Positions 51,765-64,000 of a stretch of DNA of 64,000 bases are shown one piece after another; positions within the stretch are counted from its first letter, which is position 1, and the number at the start of each line of letters is the position of its first letter. The notes beneath the pieces were generated by a model. The model was not told the origin of the DNA. It was given only the letters and a program-made list of their open reading frames with translations, and did not search any database. Source of the stretch: Camelus dromedarius (taxonomy: Eukaryota); assembly GCF_036321535.1 (NCBI RefSeq), contig NC_087436.1, forward strand, positions 73,658,001 through 73,722,000, in the 5' to 3' direction. A program made the translations under genes and the position numbers.

Positions 51765-52226
51765 TGACAAAAATCCTCTCCTTGGCCAAATTCAAGCCAG
51801 GCTACTCAGAGCCCTCTTCTCAACTATGCCTTAATCGTAACATGTAAAGACTTGGACAAAGACTATCATAGCTTCTAAGAGCTCAAGGCCGCATCCCTAA
51901 GATGACCCTACCTGCCTTATAGTGTCTGCCGGAAAAAACTCAAGGCTTCCCAAAGAATTCAGCCCATACCTGGAGATATGTGTCCCAGCAGTCTCTGCTG
52001 GAGGGCAGGAGACTGACTTTCTTCATATGGACAAACCCTCCTTTCCACTTTTCCACTTCTGACTCTACTGTGCTCCCCTCACTGTCCCTTTAAAACACCC
52101 AGTCCCCTCTGTACAAATTGAAGTTTGAGTTCCGTTCACACTGGACATTTTTCCCTATTGCAATATTATCCTACTGATAAAAATCTGTTCTTACCACTTG
52201 AACTAGTGTCCTGCTTTTTCTTTGAT
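51765..52226 (+). mobile_element. MER31-like solo LTR
   Basis: tgacaaaaatcctctccttggccaaa..gagccctcttctcaact..ctcaaggccgcatcccta resembles recalled MER31 consensus. Confidence 0.7.
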
Positions 52227-52394
52227 CCTTATTAAGAGAGGTGATATGCATTTTGCAAACCTTTATTTGCTTATTTTTATCAGGAGCTTCTTACATTGAA
52301 AATAACACTGTTAAATGACACCGAGCATCACAACATGAACACGGTTTGGGAGATGACACCAGGGTGAGGCGAGCTCGACAGCAAATATACTCAC

Positions 52395-52471
52395 AGTGCG
52401 GATAAGCCAGCTGATCAGGGAGTGTCTCTGAAACAGGGCAGCGATCACGTTCTCCCACCACCAGCCTTTAT
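52395..52471 (-). CDS. NAAA: NAAA exon 5 [26 protein letters not shown]
   Basis: gcag| and |gtgagt, 77 nt. Confidence 0.96.
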
Positions 52472-52660
52472 CTGCCGAGATGAGGAAGGAACAATAGGTA
52501 CAGACTCAAATTGCTGCCCCAGAGCCACTTTCTAAGTTCCTTAAGTCTTGTTTCTTTCCCATCATACAAGCTGATGGGGGAGACAGGTTGGTGGGCGAAG
52601 AATGATTTTACTGGCATCTAGTTTTCAACGATGAAGTGCAAATTTCATGGCAATATATAA

Positions 52661-52663
<3 letters not shown>

Positions 52664-52696
<33 letters not shown>
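52664..52696. repeat. (TG)n microsatellite, about 16 units
   Basis: direct inspection. Confidence 0.9.
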
Positions 52697-52698
<2 letters not shown>

Positions 52699-53126
52699 AC
52701 AATCATACAACCTTTACCCGGAAACAATGGTAATTATGTTAAAGGAAATTATTCTATTTATTACTTCACACAAAATAAAACTAGGTAGCTATCAAGAGAA
52801 GTAGGAATGGTCTTCCCCCAGCTTCTGCAGACCTGGCTCCTGGATCATGTGAGTCAGGCCCTAGGCAGGGCCCCATACCTGTAATACCAGCTCCACCCCC
52901 TCCTTCGTTCTCTATCACATCTTCTGGTTTTACTTTCTTGGCAGCACCTATCACTACCTGAAATCATCTTCATCACTTACCTGCCCACTGCCCATCTTCC
53001 CCCACGAGGACGGAGGCATGTAGTGAGGTAGGTGTTCTATAACTTCTGTTGGGTGAGTGAATGAAGCACTTGGATAAAATCGAACAGGGACATGGCTAAA
53101 AATGCTTGGGAGTTTGTTTTGATTAC

Positions 53127-53217
53127 CTCGTTCGTTGCCAGAAACTGTAAACTTGTGTGGACTCTGACCAGTCCATAATCCTACATAGCCAACGAAGGTG
53201 GTTCCTGTGAACGCAAC
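53127..53217 (-). CDS. NAAA: NAAA exon 4 [30 protein letters not shown]
   Basis: ttcag| and |gtaatc, 91 nt. Confidence 0.96.
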
Positions 53218-53359
53218 CTGAAATCAAGAGATAAGGCCTCATCTAAGCACTCCAGCCAAAGGCACACTGAAATCACCTGTTTTGCCCCACAATTTCATGG
53301 ATTTTTCTTCTACGTTCCAACCCACTAGAATGAGAACTTTGAAATAGCCTTCTAGAAGA

Positions 53360-53800
53360 TTTAACTTTGGGGGGCCAAGGATAGAAGTCTGTGGATCTGT
53401 GACTTTGGATGAGAAAAAAGGTACATCTTTATTTTCACTAACCTCTAACTGAAATGAGTGCACGCAAGGACGCGTGGAGTTACTGCACTGCCTGGGGTTC
53501 AGTCACCAGGAGAAACCGCTGGGATTTTCAGACCTAATGGCTTTAGACATGATGTACACACACATCTTGAAATAGCATTCATACTTATTACTACTCTGAA
53601 TTTATGGTAGTCATTAGACTCATTGCTAAAGTTTACCAGCTAATGTGTTAAGAAAAAGTATAATATTAAAAGGATATGTATATTTCAACATAACTGGCTT
53701 TCTTTGTGATCTCATGCATTTTATGTATTTATAAAACATTATTTTGAGAAGGGATCAATAACCTTTATCAAAGGGGTCCATGCACAAAAAAGTTAAGAGG
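53360..53800. mobile_element. hAT/Charlie-type DNA transposon relic
   Basis: catctttattttcactaacctctaactgaaa..ggggtccatgcacaaaaaagttaaga end motif. Confidence 0.55.
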
Positions 53801-56546
53801 CTTCACGCTGGAAGTAGCAAATGGACTCCAATTAAAAACCTTGTGTTGACTCAATTATAAGAGATAAATATCATGCATCTTACAAACTCTGTGAAGGGGA
53901 AACAAGTGAGACTTTATCAGTAATAATCACATTTAAATTTTAAATAGGAAAAAATTCCTTTACATACATCTTTCATTTAATCCTTACGATTATTCCATGA
54001 GTTACTGAGATCACTCCCACTTTTTTTTTGTTTTTTAAATTTAAAATTTTTTTTTCTTTTTTTTTGGCTTTTTCCTTCTTTATTTTTTTCTTTTTCTTTT
54101 TTCACTCCCACTTAAAGAAATGAGCTCCTATCATTGTAAGACACCACTATATACCCCAGAGGAGAAAAATCAAACACTATCAATTATTTCAGATAACAGA
54201 TGTCATTTTTCAAAGAGGTACTTAGATAAGTGTCCAGCTTATACTGTTCAATAAAGATGAACTATTTTATATTTTGAGAAATGAATGGACCTAGGTTAGT
54301 TTTTTCCTAGAAAATTGAATTTTAAGTCAGTACCTTTTCACTTGTTTATTTCTACCTTGTCTGGTTGTAAAATAAAGTGGCTAAATTACAAGGGAAAAAT
54401 GCAGTGGCCTTAATTTTACAAACGACCTCTTCCTCTAGACTCATTGAGGGCCTTCCCCGAATCCTCCTCATTTCCATTCACAGCAGTAAAATGGGAGTAA
54501 GTGCCTCGCTACTAAAGCCTTCACAAAATGTAACTCCAGGGGAGAAAAAGTAATCATTTTGGTCACTTCATTTGCATGGTGCACTGACCCGCACATTAGT
54601 GTCACTCTTGAAGAGCTCAGCAAATTAAAGTTACGAAAAATCAAAATCACGTTGTAGTTTCTAAGATATTTTATATTACATAATCATAAATTAGAAGATA
54701 GAATTTGTAAGATATTGTATCTTATAGCTTTGAAAAACTGTCTTTATTTCTAAATATCTATGCTTTCCAGGTGTCTGTGCCAGGTCATTTAATATAAACA
54801 AACCCTTAGTTGCAGCAGGAGACTCTAATTTACAGCCTAAGGCTGGGATTTGGGGAGAAAGCTCCTCGGAGGCTAAAGACCTGGGTTTGGTCCCACCTCT
54901 GCCACATTTCCCCAGGTGATTTGGAGCAAGCTCGTCTCTGTAAGGCCCGGTGCTTTCATCCAGAAAATGAGGATGGAGATGTTGACTGGAGCCTGCCTCA
55001 CAGGGCTGACGTGAAGATCAAAGGGGGTCCTGTATCTGAAAATGCCTTCAGAATTATGAACACTAGACAAGTATAAGAGCTTAATCATTGGGTTTTCAAT
55101 TTAGCAAAACAATTTATTGGCTAGGAGCCCTCAGCAGAAAGACGATACCCAAGTGTAAACTACTGAATTTGAAAATAGTAATGTGAGCACTGAGAAAAGC
55201 CACACCAATAGGTTATTCCCCATGGGAGCCTCAGGGTAAACAGAAACAAACAGAGCAACAACTCTGGGTGATGGTGAATCTGGAGGGAATAGCTGAAATT
55301 ATTTATTTTTATTGCATTTAATCCTTTTGTCGATTTTTAAGAATTTCTGCTCCCTATAGAATAATGGAGAAAGGCCTAAAGCAGTAAATGAAAATAATTG
55401 CTGTCCCCTCATTCAGTAATAATTACTAACATTTTAATCATTTCCTTTCAGAATTTATTTTGCTTAGTATGTCATTGCTGCCACTTAAAACCATTTTAGA
55501 AGTAAATCTTTGGCTAACAAATCAAATTGGTAATAGTGGGTGAAATAAAGGAATGAAACCGGGAAAGGAGAAATTTTCACCTTAAATATTTTTGCACTGT
55601 ATGAGTGTTTAATAAGAAACAGTTTTTGTCTGTAAAAGCAGGTAACTAAATGAGTACTTAGTAAATGAGTTTCTAATATTTGTGACTCAACCCCTAAATG
55701 CAAAGAACAAACGAAATAAAGTCCTATCCTTCAACAGTGTCCCCCAAAGCCAAAGCCTGACTTTTGCATGCTCTGTTCTGTCTCATGGCAATGACATTCA
55801 TTGTGTACTCAGTGAACATAGATCAATGCTGTCCTCGAGATACTTACACAGAAATGTGCCAGTAGTAAACAGTAGATTGTACTTTTAAAGAAACTATGAT
55901 GAAGATGAAATGATCTGAGTAAAATTGTTTTTAAAGATCAAAATAAGACAGTGGTATGTGTCAATCATACTTTTAGAGTGAAGGACCACTTATGATCTGG
56001 CCACTATTTATCAAGCATTGATCACATGCTTTGCATAGATTACTTCATGTAACCTCTATAACTATCTCCATAAAGTAATTATTAACCTCTCTGAGCTGGT
56101 CTGAAAAATGAGTTTAAGTAATACCCCAAGTTCACAAAGGAAGTGACAGTAGCAGGATTCAAACCCAATTAGATCCCAAAACTGAGTGTTCCTAGCCATT
56201 ACTTTACCCAGCCACTCCTTATTCTAGAAGAGACCTGACACAGGAAAGCAGAGGAAAGAGCTGACTTACCATTATAAGTGGACAATTGATCATACCCCCC
56301 ATTCCCCGAGATTTCCCTACGGAAAACTGGTTGACCTCTCTGTAAGCAGATACTCAATAATAATAAATGACTCTTCTTTCTATAAGCATACTTATGTAAA
56401 CCTCTCTTGTGGTTTTGTTTTTCCAGGAGTTTGATATTTTTTGTATCTTAAATTAATACACTTCAGCTGCAGACGATCCAAGTGACAGCTAACTTGAGTT
56501 AGCAAGTTTCTCTGATTTCTTGAATCTTACACTGTACAGACTATAC

Positions 56547-56673
56547 CTGCCCATTCTTTAAGAACTGCACATCCATTGTCAAGTTGCGTAAGAGATTTCC
56601 AAAAGCATAATCCAGATTCCGGCCATGGTAAATGTGGCCTCTGGAGTCTTGAGCCACAATACTGGTGCAGAAT
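56547..56673 (-). CDS. NAAA: NAAA exon 3 FCTSIVAQD...GRNLDY...KNGQ (catalytic Cys)
   Basis: cccag| and |gtatag, 127 nt. Confidence 0.96.
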
Positions 56674-57639
56674 CTGGGGAAAGGGAAAAATCCAATGTGA
56701 ATGAATAAGAAAAACAAGAAAAAGGACATGAGTTTTTCATTTTTAAAATAAGTCCTCAGAGTAAAACAGTTTTTCTTCCTTATAATGAACACACATGCAC
56801 AATTCAAGATGAAAAAGACAACTGTACACAACTCAATAGTGTTCATCCAGTGTTACTGGACTTTTGCCCTCTGTACACGTGACATTGAAAACATACTGGA
56901 AGAGAATTTCATCTTAAATCTAAATCTGAAACGGACCCATTCTGGGCTCACCTAGACCACTGAACTTCGTTCATTCCTCTGCTTGGCAGTTTGTAGTCTC
57001 TTTAACACACCCTTCAAAGCTGGCTCAAGTCCAACCCTCTCTGCCCTGAATTTCTCAGAACAAGTACAATGGCACCAAACCATTCTGTTCCACAAACTGC
57101 TTCATCTTGTCTCCTTGGGAAAAAGGTGAACTATTTAGCGTCTTGGCACTTTTCCTGTCCCCCCTTGAGCTCCCTGCCCAGAGCTATTAAGAGAAATGGA
57201 CATTTTAAGAACTCCTAGCCAGAGAGATGCATTTTAAGGGAAACAAGAAGTTTGTTAAGATGTTTAAATGTGCATATTCTCTGAGACTATGTAATGCTTG
57301 GTGAAAAAAATATTTAAATAAATCATGTTCAATTCAGGGACAGGGGAAAAATATGTACACATACACACACACAGAGGAAATATCGTGAAGGATGGATGGT
57401 CATTTCTGAGTAACAGGACTGTGCTTAATTTTCTTTATACTTTTCTGTACTTACTAATTTTCTATAATGATTACATATTACTTTTATAATTAAGAGAAAA
57501 TAAATGTTACTTAATTTTTTGTGTGTGTTTAAAAATGGAAACTTGATCAGGTTTTAATTTTTTTCCAATTTTTTCCATGATCTTCAAAGAGTTCTTGTCA
57601 AGAAGGGAACTGATCAAACACTGGAAGTAGCTAAAGCTC

Positions 57640-57792
57640 GGGGGAAGGGTATAGCTCAGTGGCAGAGCACATGCTTAGCATGCACCAGGTCCTGGGCTTA
57701 ATCCCCAGTACCTCTGTTAAGAAAAAATAAATGAATAAATCTAATTACCAACCCCACCTCCACAAAAAAATAAATAAATAAATAAATAAAAA
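57640..57792 (+). mobile_element. tRNA-derived SINE (Vic-1-like)
   Basis: gggtatagctcagtggcagagc..gtcctggg..ccccagtacctc, (aaat)n tail. Confidence 0.88.
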
Positions 57793-59326
57793 TGAAGTTG
57801 GTAGACTCTCTTGCAAAGGTGATTTTTCAAAATCAGCAAGACAGCAATTCTTCTGTGTTATGCCCAAAAGTTTTGGTGTGAGGTAGCCAACAAGCACAGG
57901 GGATAAATGGGGAACCAGGCTCCGCTTTGGGAGAGGCACTGCAGTGCACGGGGGACATGTGCTTTTAGCAGCAGCTCTGACAACTCACCATGCACCTAAC
58001 TTTCAGCAAGTTGTCCCCTTTGAGGTTTGGTTTCCACATCACAAAAGGTAATACCATCTCCAGTACCTCATACCCAGTAGACTCAATAAAGGGTAGCTAG
58101 TTTTAATCAGATTCAAAAAGCCTTATACCAGCAATAAAGACAAAACATTTCCTTTGTTAATGCTAGTGGAGTCTGAGGGTGCTTTTTCTTAGCAGGCAAT
58201 TCAATATACATCTTAGTATCACACCCCAAAGTTAGAATGTTTTTACTAGAATTTTTGCTTTAGTCAGTTGAATACAGTGACTAACAAAAGAAGGTGTAAA
58301 TGAAAATGTTGATTTTTTTCCATTGAGAAAGGCACATGTCAGAAGAGGAAACAAGATGGTGGTAGGAGATGAGGAATGGCAAAATTAACTGAGGTCATTT
58401 GAAAAGCACTTTAACACATGTGTGTCTTATTTGTGTCTTAAAACATTTTCCTGAAAAGGAAGGCAGCAACAGTGCTTCTTAACTTTCTTTGCCTAAGTGT
58501 TCTGGGAAGATGCCAGGAGGCAGTAAAGCTTCATTATCCAAAGAAAAATAAATTTATACCATCTTTTGGCAGCCAGAAGCCATAGGTATCTACAAGGTGT
58601 TAACTAGATGAGACTGGTCTGGTGGCAAAACAGTAATTCCTTCAGACTGAAACCAAGTCAAATCTCTTCATTCCAGGACCTGCTACCAAGCCAACAGACT
58701 TGAGGCCCCCCCTGCACTTGGCCTGGGATCAGCCACACAGTGCGTATTGCTTTCACCTGGGTGCGCCACAGTTCATGCCACCCCGCGTACTAAATACAGT
58801 CTGGCCCTATCAGCCAGAACAGTGTTGCCTGTGACCCCAGCCCTGGAGGCAACAGACTCGGAAAAACGACTCCTGATCGCTAGCCGTGAGGAACACGGGG
58901 AGGGGGGGTGATAAAAGCAGGGGGGTCAAATGAGTGCTGAGACTACCCCCTGCATTAGAGGGCTGGAGGGCCATTGGTTTAACTCGAGGGTCCAGCCAAG
59001 AGTGGGATCAGTTCTCAAAACTTCCTAGAAAAGTACATGTTGGGCAGCGTTTAGAAAGTGGGATGCTACCCAGATTGGTGGAGGGAGAAAAGGGGACTTC
59101 ACACAGAGGAAGTTCAGTGTTGAGGTCAGAGAAGCTGCTTTCCTTCTCGAAGCTCATAATCTTCTGCTCGGATATATCTAGACAAGCAGAGGAAGCACTG
59201 GAGGTTTCTGGGGAGCCCGGTCACCACCCCGTTTTTGTCACACTGAAAACACGTCTCCTCCCACTCAGATGTAGCAGGAATCCCTGCCAAGTCTCAAATT
59301 AATCCGCGCAAGCACGGGGCACTCAC

Positions 59327-59491
59327 GCGGTGGACTCATAGACTAGGTTGAGGAGGATGCAGTCCGCCAGCTGGAAGTTCAGGGCATCGCACATGCCGCG
59401 GATCTCGCCTATGAAGGGTTTCGGCAGGAAGAGTTCCAGCATCCTGACTGTCTTTCGGATCAATTCGAGGACCCACTTGGGGACATTATCC
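59327..59491 (-). CDS. NAAA: NAAA exon 2 DNVPKWV...NLVYEST
   Basis: tctag| and |gtgagt, 165 nt. Confidence 0.95.
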
Positions 59492-60125
59492 CTAGAAACA
59501 AAAAACCACGAGGATGTCTGATCTGCTCAGAGTTTGGAGGGGTGCGAGCGTGTCTGTATTTGGAGGGGGGGGGTGCCTAAATTTCTCATCCTTGGGGGTG
59601 ACTGTTAGTTGCCTCCTTTTCCCAGAGAGCTGACAGCCCAGGCCTCTCCGGCATCATCCCAAACGCCAGCGTCCAGGAGAGAAAAGAACACTCGGAGAGA
59701 GGGAAGTAGGGGGACGGAGAGTGGTCCAAAGGGGTGGGTTTCGGGGCCGTGAGGCCTGCTGGGAGCGCGTAGGCTGCGTCCCCCACTCGGTAGCTGAGCA
59801 GCTGGGGCTACAACCCATGTCCTACCCTGATCCAGAATGGCTGGTGGACGGGCGTGCCACTGGTGACACCGAACCTGAAAGTCAAGCCAGCTGCGTCGGT
59901 TCATCCCCAGCCCCGACGTTGCCTAGAGCAGTAGCACCTGCAAGTTCTGGTTCCCACCTCGCCTGCACACTCCAGACGCCGGGGGTCGAGGCGGCCCTTG
60001 CGAAGGGCAAGGCAGTCGCAGAGGGAAGGGAGAAGTCACGAGTCTCAGTTTGAAGCACACTGGGCTTTCCCGCACTCCGAACCCCGCCGCCAGTGTCCCT
60101 GCAGCACCCCCTCGCCTGCGCTCAC

Positions 60126-60328
60126 CCGACGATGTGCGCCATCGCGGCACGCAAGAAGTCCGGGTCGAAGTGCTGCAGCACCGGCAGCCAGCGCAGCTCC
60201 GGGGCCATGTCCAGGCTCACGTTGAAGAGCGGCGGGGCTTGGGGCGAGGCGGCGGCGGAAGCCCCGGCCCCGGCCAGCAGCAGCAGCAGCGCCAGCGCCG
60301 GGCGTGCACTCGGACCCGCGCTTCTCAT
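60126..60328 (-). CDS. NAAA: NAAA exon 1 (signal peptide [20 protein letters not shown]...)
   Basis: ATG 60328; donor GG|gtgagc; 203 nt. Confidence 0.95.
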
Positions 60329-61779
60329 AACTCCTGCAGCCACTGCCGGCTCCTGGGGGAAGCGCTGGAGGAGGAGAAGGAGGAGCCCTGGCGAAGCCAG
60401 GCGGGCTGTAGGCGGAGCCCGCGTGCGGCTGGGTCCGCCTAGTCACCCGGGACCCGGCATGACGAGACCGGGCACCTCCCCTGTCAAGCATCTGCGCTTC
60501 CTTCCTCCTCCACCAGTGCTCCCATTCACCCCTCCCCGGCAGCAGTCTCGAGTCCGGCCTGGCTCTGAGTCCTAAGGAGGCGCTAAATGCTAAATGCGTC
60601 CACCGCTTCTCACTCCCACTCCCCACCCCATTCACCCACGTGGGTCTAGAGAGTGTAAACTGTGGCCTGGAGAAAATGATTTTCAGCCGCGAAGAGGAAG
60701 CCTGGCCAGTCCTACCGTGGTAGAAAGGGACGCTCCACCCCCATCCCACTCCCCCAACCCCCTACACTCCCATTTGCTCTTATTTAAATTCTTCTGAATT
60801 TTACAAGGGAAAGGAGAGCTTTTTCAGTTCAACACTCCCTCTTCTTTTCAGTTTTTTTTTTTTAAGCTAAAAAGGTAGTGAATTTTACGTGCCAGAGGTT
60901 TTTGCCCACTCTGTCTCACAGAACCATCAAAACAAGCTAAAAGATAGGTTCTACTAACTCATCCCTGTTTTCCTGATGGGGAATGTTATGTAATTTGCCC
61001 GAAGTCACAGGGCTGGTGAGCACTGCGCTAGCCTCAAAGCCAGGCTATCAGAATCCAAGCTCCACCTTCACAATCATTAAGCTGAAGCATCCTCACCTTT
61101 TGGGGATCCCAACTTGGGAGACAAAACGTATTAAGTATTAGGAAAATCACCAGACTTAGTAAGACTGGGACGTTCTTTAATGATTAACACGGTCGTTTGT
61201 GGGTAAAATAGTGTGGAGGAAACTTGGAAAGTTCATTTTTTAAAAGTACCCCCTCTCCCCAACTAGAATACGCCATCACTACCTTTGACTTTTCCCCCAT
61301 TTTAATGGGCTACGTAAAATGGGCTACAATTTTAAGGTTCCCATTTCTTCCTGGTCGCTCTATAAAATTTAAGTCAAGACCCAGATCTTAATTAGCTCAT
61401 TTGCAAAGCCTGAGTAACAGCAATTGCCCGATTAAGGCACAGGTGGATTGAGAGAATCACCAAGGGGAGAGATCAGCTGGGTTCAGAGAGATGCGCTTCC
61501 ATTAAAAAAAAAAAGTGACTTCCCTCACTTTAAGAATGATATTAAAAAGATTAAAATTAAAAACAAATAAGGGATTTTAAAAACAACCATGATAAAGTGT
61601 ATTGAATGAGCAAATCTACAGTGGTAAAAATCGGTGTTATACACAAGCTTAGCTAAATATAATTTCATGTAATCTATTCATCTACTGTTAAAAGGTTATA
61701 CATACGCTATAGGACAGTGTGAAATGAAGATTTCAAGGGAGATTTGGAATTTCAAGACTATGAGCTCTCTCTTTTCTGC

Positions 61780-62100
61780 TGCTTCTGTGCTATGTGGATT
61801 TCAGGGATGCTATATGCTGATTCGAGGAACTGAGACTTTCTACCAAGGGGCAGAGAGGAACTGAGGCTTCTTGCTAACAGCCATATGAATAAGCCGTCTG
61901 GGGAGTGGATCCTCTAGCCCCAGCTAAGCCACTCAAAGTTCCTCACCCACAGAAACTGTGAAATAATGTTTATTTCTTTAAGCCACTAAATTTTATGGTA
62001 ATTTGTTATGCAGTAATAGATAACTAATACAGATCTAGGTATTTCAAGTGGAGTGGTATCAAACAAATACCTAAAAATGTGGGTGTGACTTTGGAATTGG
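61780..62100 (+). mobile_element. MLT1 LTR 3' part plus start of MLT internal region
   Basis: LTR end ..gataactaataca at ~62031 then ..caaatacctaaaaatgtgg..gactttggaa. Confidence 0.75.
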
Positions 62101-62109
62101 AAGTCTAGA

Positions 62110-64000
62110 TGGATAGTAGTTTGGTGGTTTCTTACAAAACTAAACATACTCTTATTGTAGGATCCAACAATCACTCTCCTTGATATTTATCAAAAGGAGA
62201 TGAAGACATGTTCACATAAAAACCAGCACATAGATATTTATAGCAGCTTTATTCACGATTGTCAAACCTTGGAAGCAACCAAAATGTCCTTTAGTAGGTG
62301 AATGGATAAACTGTGGTACATCTAAATGATGGAATATTATTTACCAGTAAAAAGAAATAAACTTTCAAACCATGAAAAGACATGGAGGAAATTTAAATGC
62401 ATATTACCAAGTGAAAGAAGGTAATCTGAAAAAGCCACATACTGTTATGATTCGAATTCTACGATATTCTTGAAAAGGAAAAACTCTGGGGAAAAGATCA
62501 GTGGTTGTCAAGGGTTAAGGGGAAGCAAGAGATGAATAGTCAGAACAGGGGTGCTTTTTAGGGCAGTGAAACTACCCTGTATGATACTGTAATGGTCGAT
62601 ACATGTTATTATACATTTGTCCAAACCCACAGAGTATACAACACCATGAGGGAGCCCTTTGTAAACTAGGGACTTTTGATAATGTGTCAGTGTAGATTCA
62701 TCAATTGTAACCAATGCACCACTCTGACATAGGATGATGATAATGCGGGATCCTACGCCTAGGGGGAAGAGCAGAAGTATTTGTGATATCTCTGTACATT
62801 CTGCTCAGTTTTGCTGTGAACTTAAAACTGCTCTAAAAAAAAGTCTATTAAAAATTTAAAAAAATTTTTTAAAGAAACCCAGGACTGTTTTTTAAAATTC
62901 CCAGATCCAAAGTATATATGGGAACTTAGTTTATCACAGAGATGGTATTGCCTATCTGTGGAGATACTTGCAACATAAGTAATTGACAAATAATTGGTAT
63001 CCAGAATATATAAAGACCCCCTGCAAGTCAATAAGAAAAAAACAAACCAAAAAGCTATTAAAGAGGAAAATCAAATGGCAAAAAATCCATGTGAAGCAAC
63101 TCAAACTCACTAGTAACCACTGAAATGCAAATTAAAACAATGATACCATTTCACCAACAACAGATTATCTAAAGTTCTAGAGTCTAATAACACCAAGTGT
63201 TGACATGGATGCGCTAAAATCGGAATTCATGTAAGTTATTAGGAATGTGCAACTCAGCATTGCCTAGTAAACCTGAAGACTCATGGACCCTATAACCCAG
63301 GAATTCCATTTCTAAGCTTCTATGTAAACTTTGGATAAAGAAAAGACTCTAAGACATATACCAAGGAGACATATACAAAACTTCATTGGGGCAAGATTTT
63401 TAAATAGCGAAAATGCAAAAAACCTAACTGCTCTTCAGGAGGGTAATGATAAATTGTGGATTTATGAACAAACAATGGGAAACTATTATAACAGTTAAAA
63501 TGAAAGAATCTTCATTTATCCAGAATCTAATGTTGTTATACAGTCAGCAAAAGAATATATACAATGACACCATTTATGTAAAATTTTAAGATACTAAATG
63601 ATACATTCTACTACACACACACATACACACACATGTACATGCACAAATGTATTAAGAGAAAAAAATACATAAAGGAATAATAGGCATCAACTTCAAGACC
63701 TTGGTTATCCCTGAGAAAAAGGAGGAAATGGCTGGGTAGGGCTTCAGTTGCAATCTTAATGTTCTATTTCTTTAAAATAAAAAAGAATATGGTAAAAACT
63801 AACACTCAACAAATCTAGGAAATGTATATGTTTCATTTTTTGATGTTTCTAAAAATCACAATTAAAATAGTAAAATGTTTCTAAAATTTTTAAAAAGAGA
63901 AAGATTTAAGTATCCTTAAAACAAGAAGTTGTGAAATATCATAATTTATTCTTTAGTTTCTGTGTAATTCTTTTATATTTCCCCTTCTGTAACATTTTCC
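62110..64000 (+). mobile_element. old L1MC/L1ME fragments
   Basis: L1 3'UTR motifs throughout. Confidence 0.75.

Larger units (their letters stand above)
59300..60750. promoter_or_regulatory. CpG island / NAAA promoter
   Basis: high GC and CpG density across exons 1-2 and upstream; GC-box-like ggcggg/ggcgga; CACGTG at 60637. Confidence 0.85.

Noticed and set aside
60045..60749. 234-aa and other ORFs over the NAAA promoter
   Set aside because: Stop-poor CpG island sequence without recognisable domains; NAAA starts at ATG 60328, not the GTG at 60343

Overview
Mammalian genomic DNA, probably camelid: three tRNA-derived SINEs match the camelid Vic-1 type as recalled. Two intact spliced genes lie on the minus strand. 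NAAA (lysosomal N-acylethanolamine acid amidase) is complete: ATG 60328, 10 coding exons totalling 1071 nt (356 aa), stop at 41376, a probable non-coding last exon from 40319, and a CpG-island promoter. PPEF2 (rdgC-like EF-hand phosphatase) has ATG 29174 and 15 in-frame coding exons down to 2358; its last exon lies left of the window. Intron phases were checked by hand and are consistent, including one GC-AG intron. Much of the rest is transposon-derived: two decayed class I ERVs (PPEF2 intron 10; NAAA-PPEF2 spacer, with four nested younger elements), L1 3' fragments with TSDs, L2/MIR, MaLR and ERV LTRs, and DNA-transposon MITEs. I found no convincing new multi-gene system. The best leads are a miR-1302-like MER53 hairpin, a D-to-N change beside the NAAA pH-determining Glu, a sense-oriented solo LTR between the genes, and an E-box cluster and a candidate cassette exon in NAAA intron 9. 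Orthologue comparisons and repeat family names are from memory and need confirmation.
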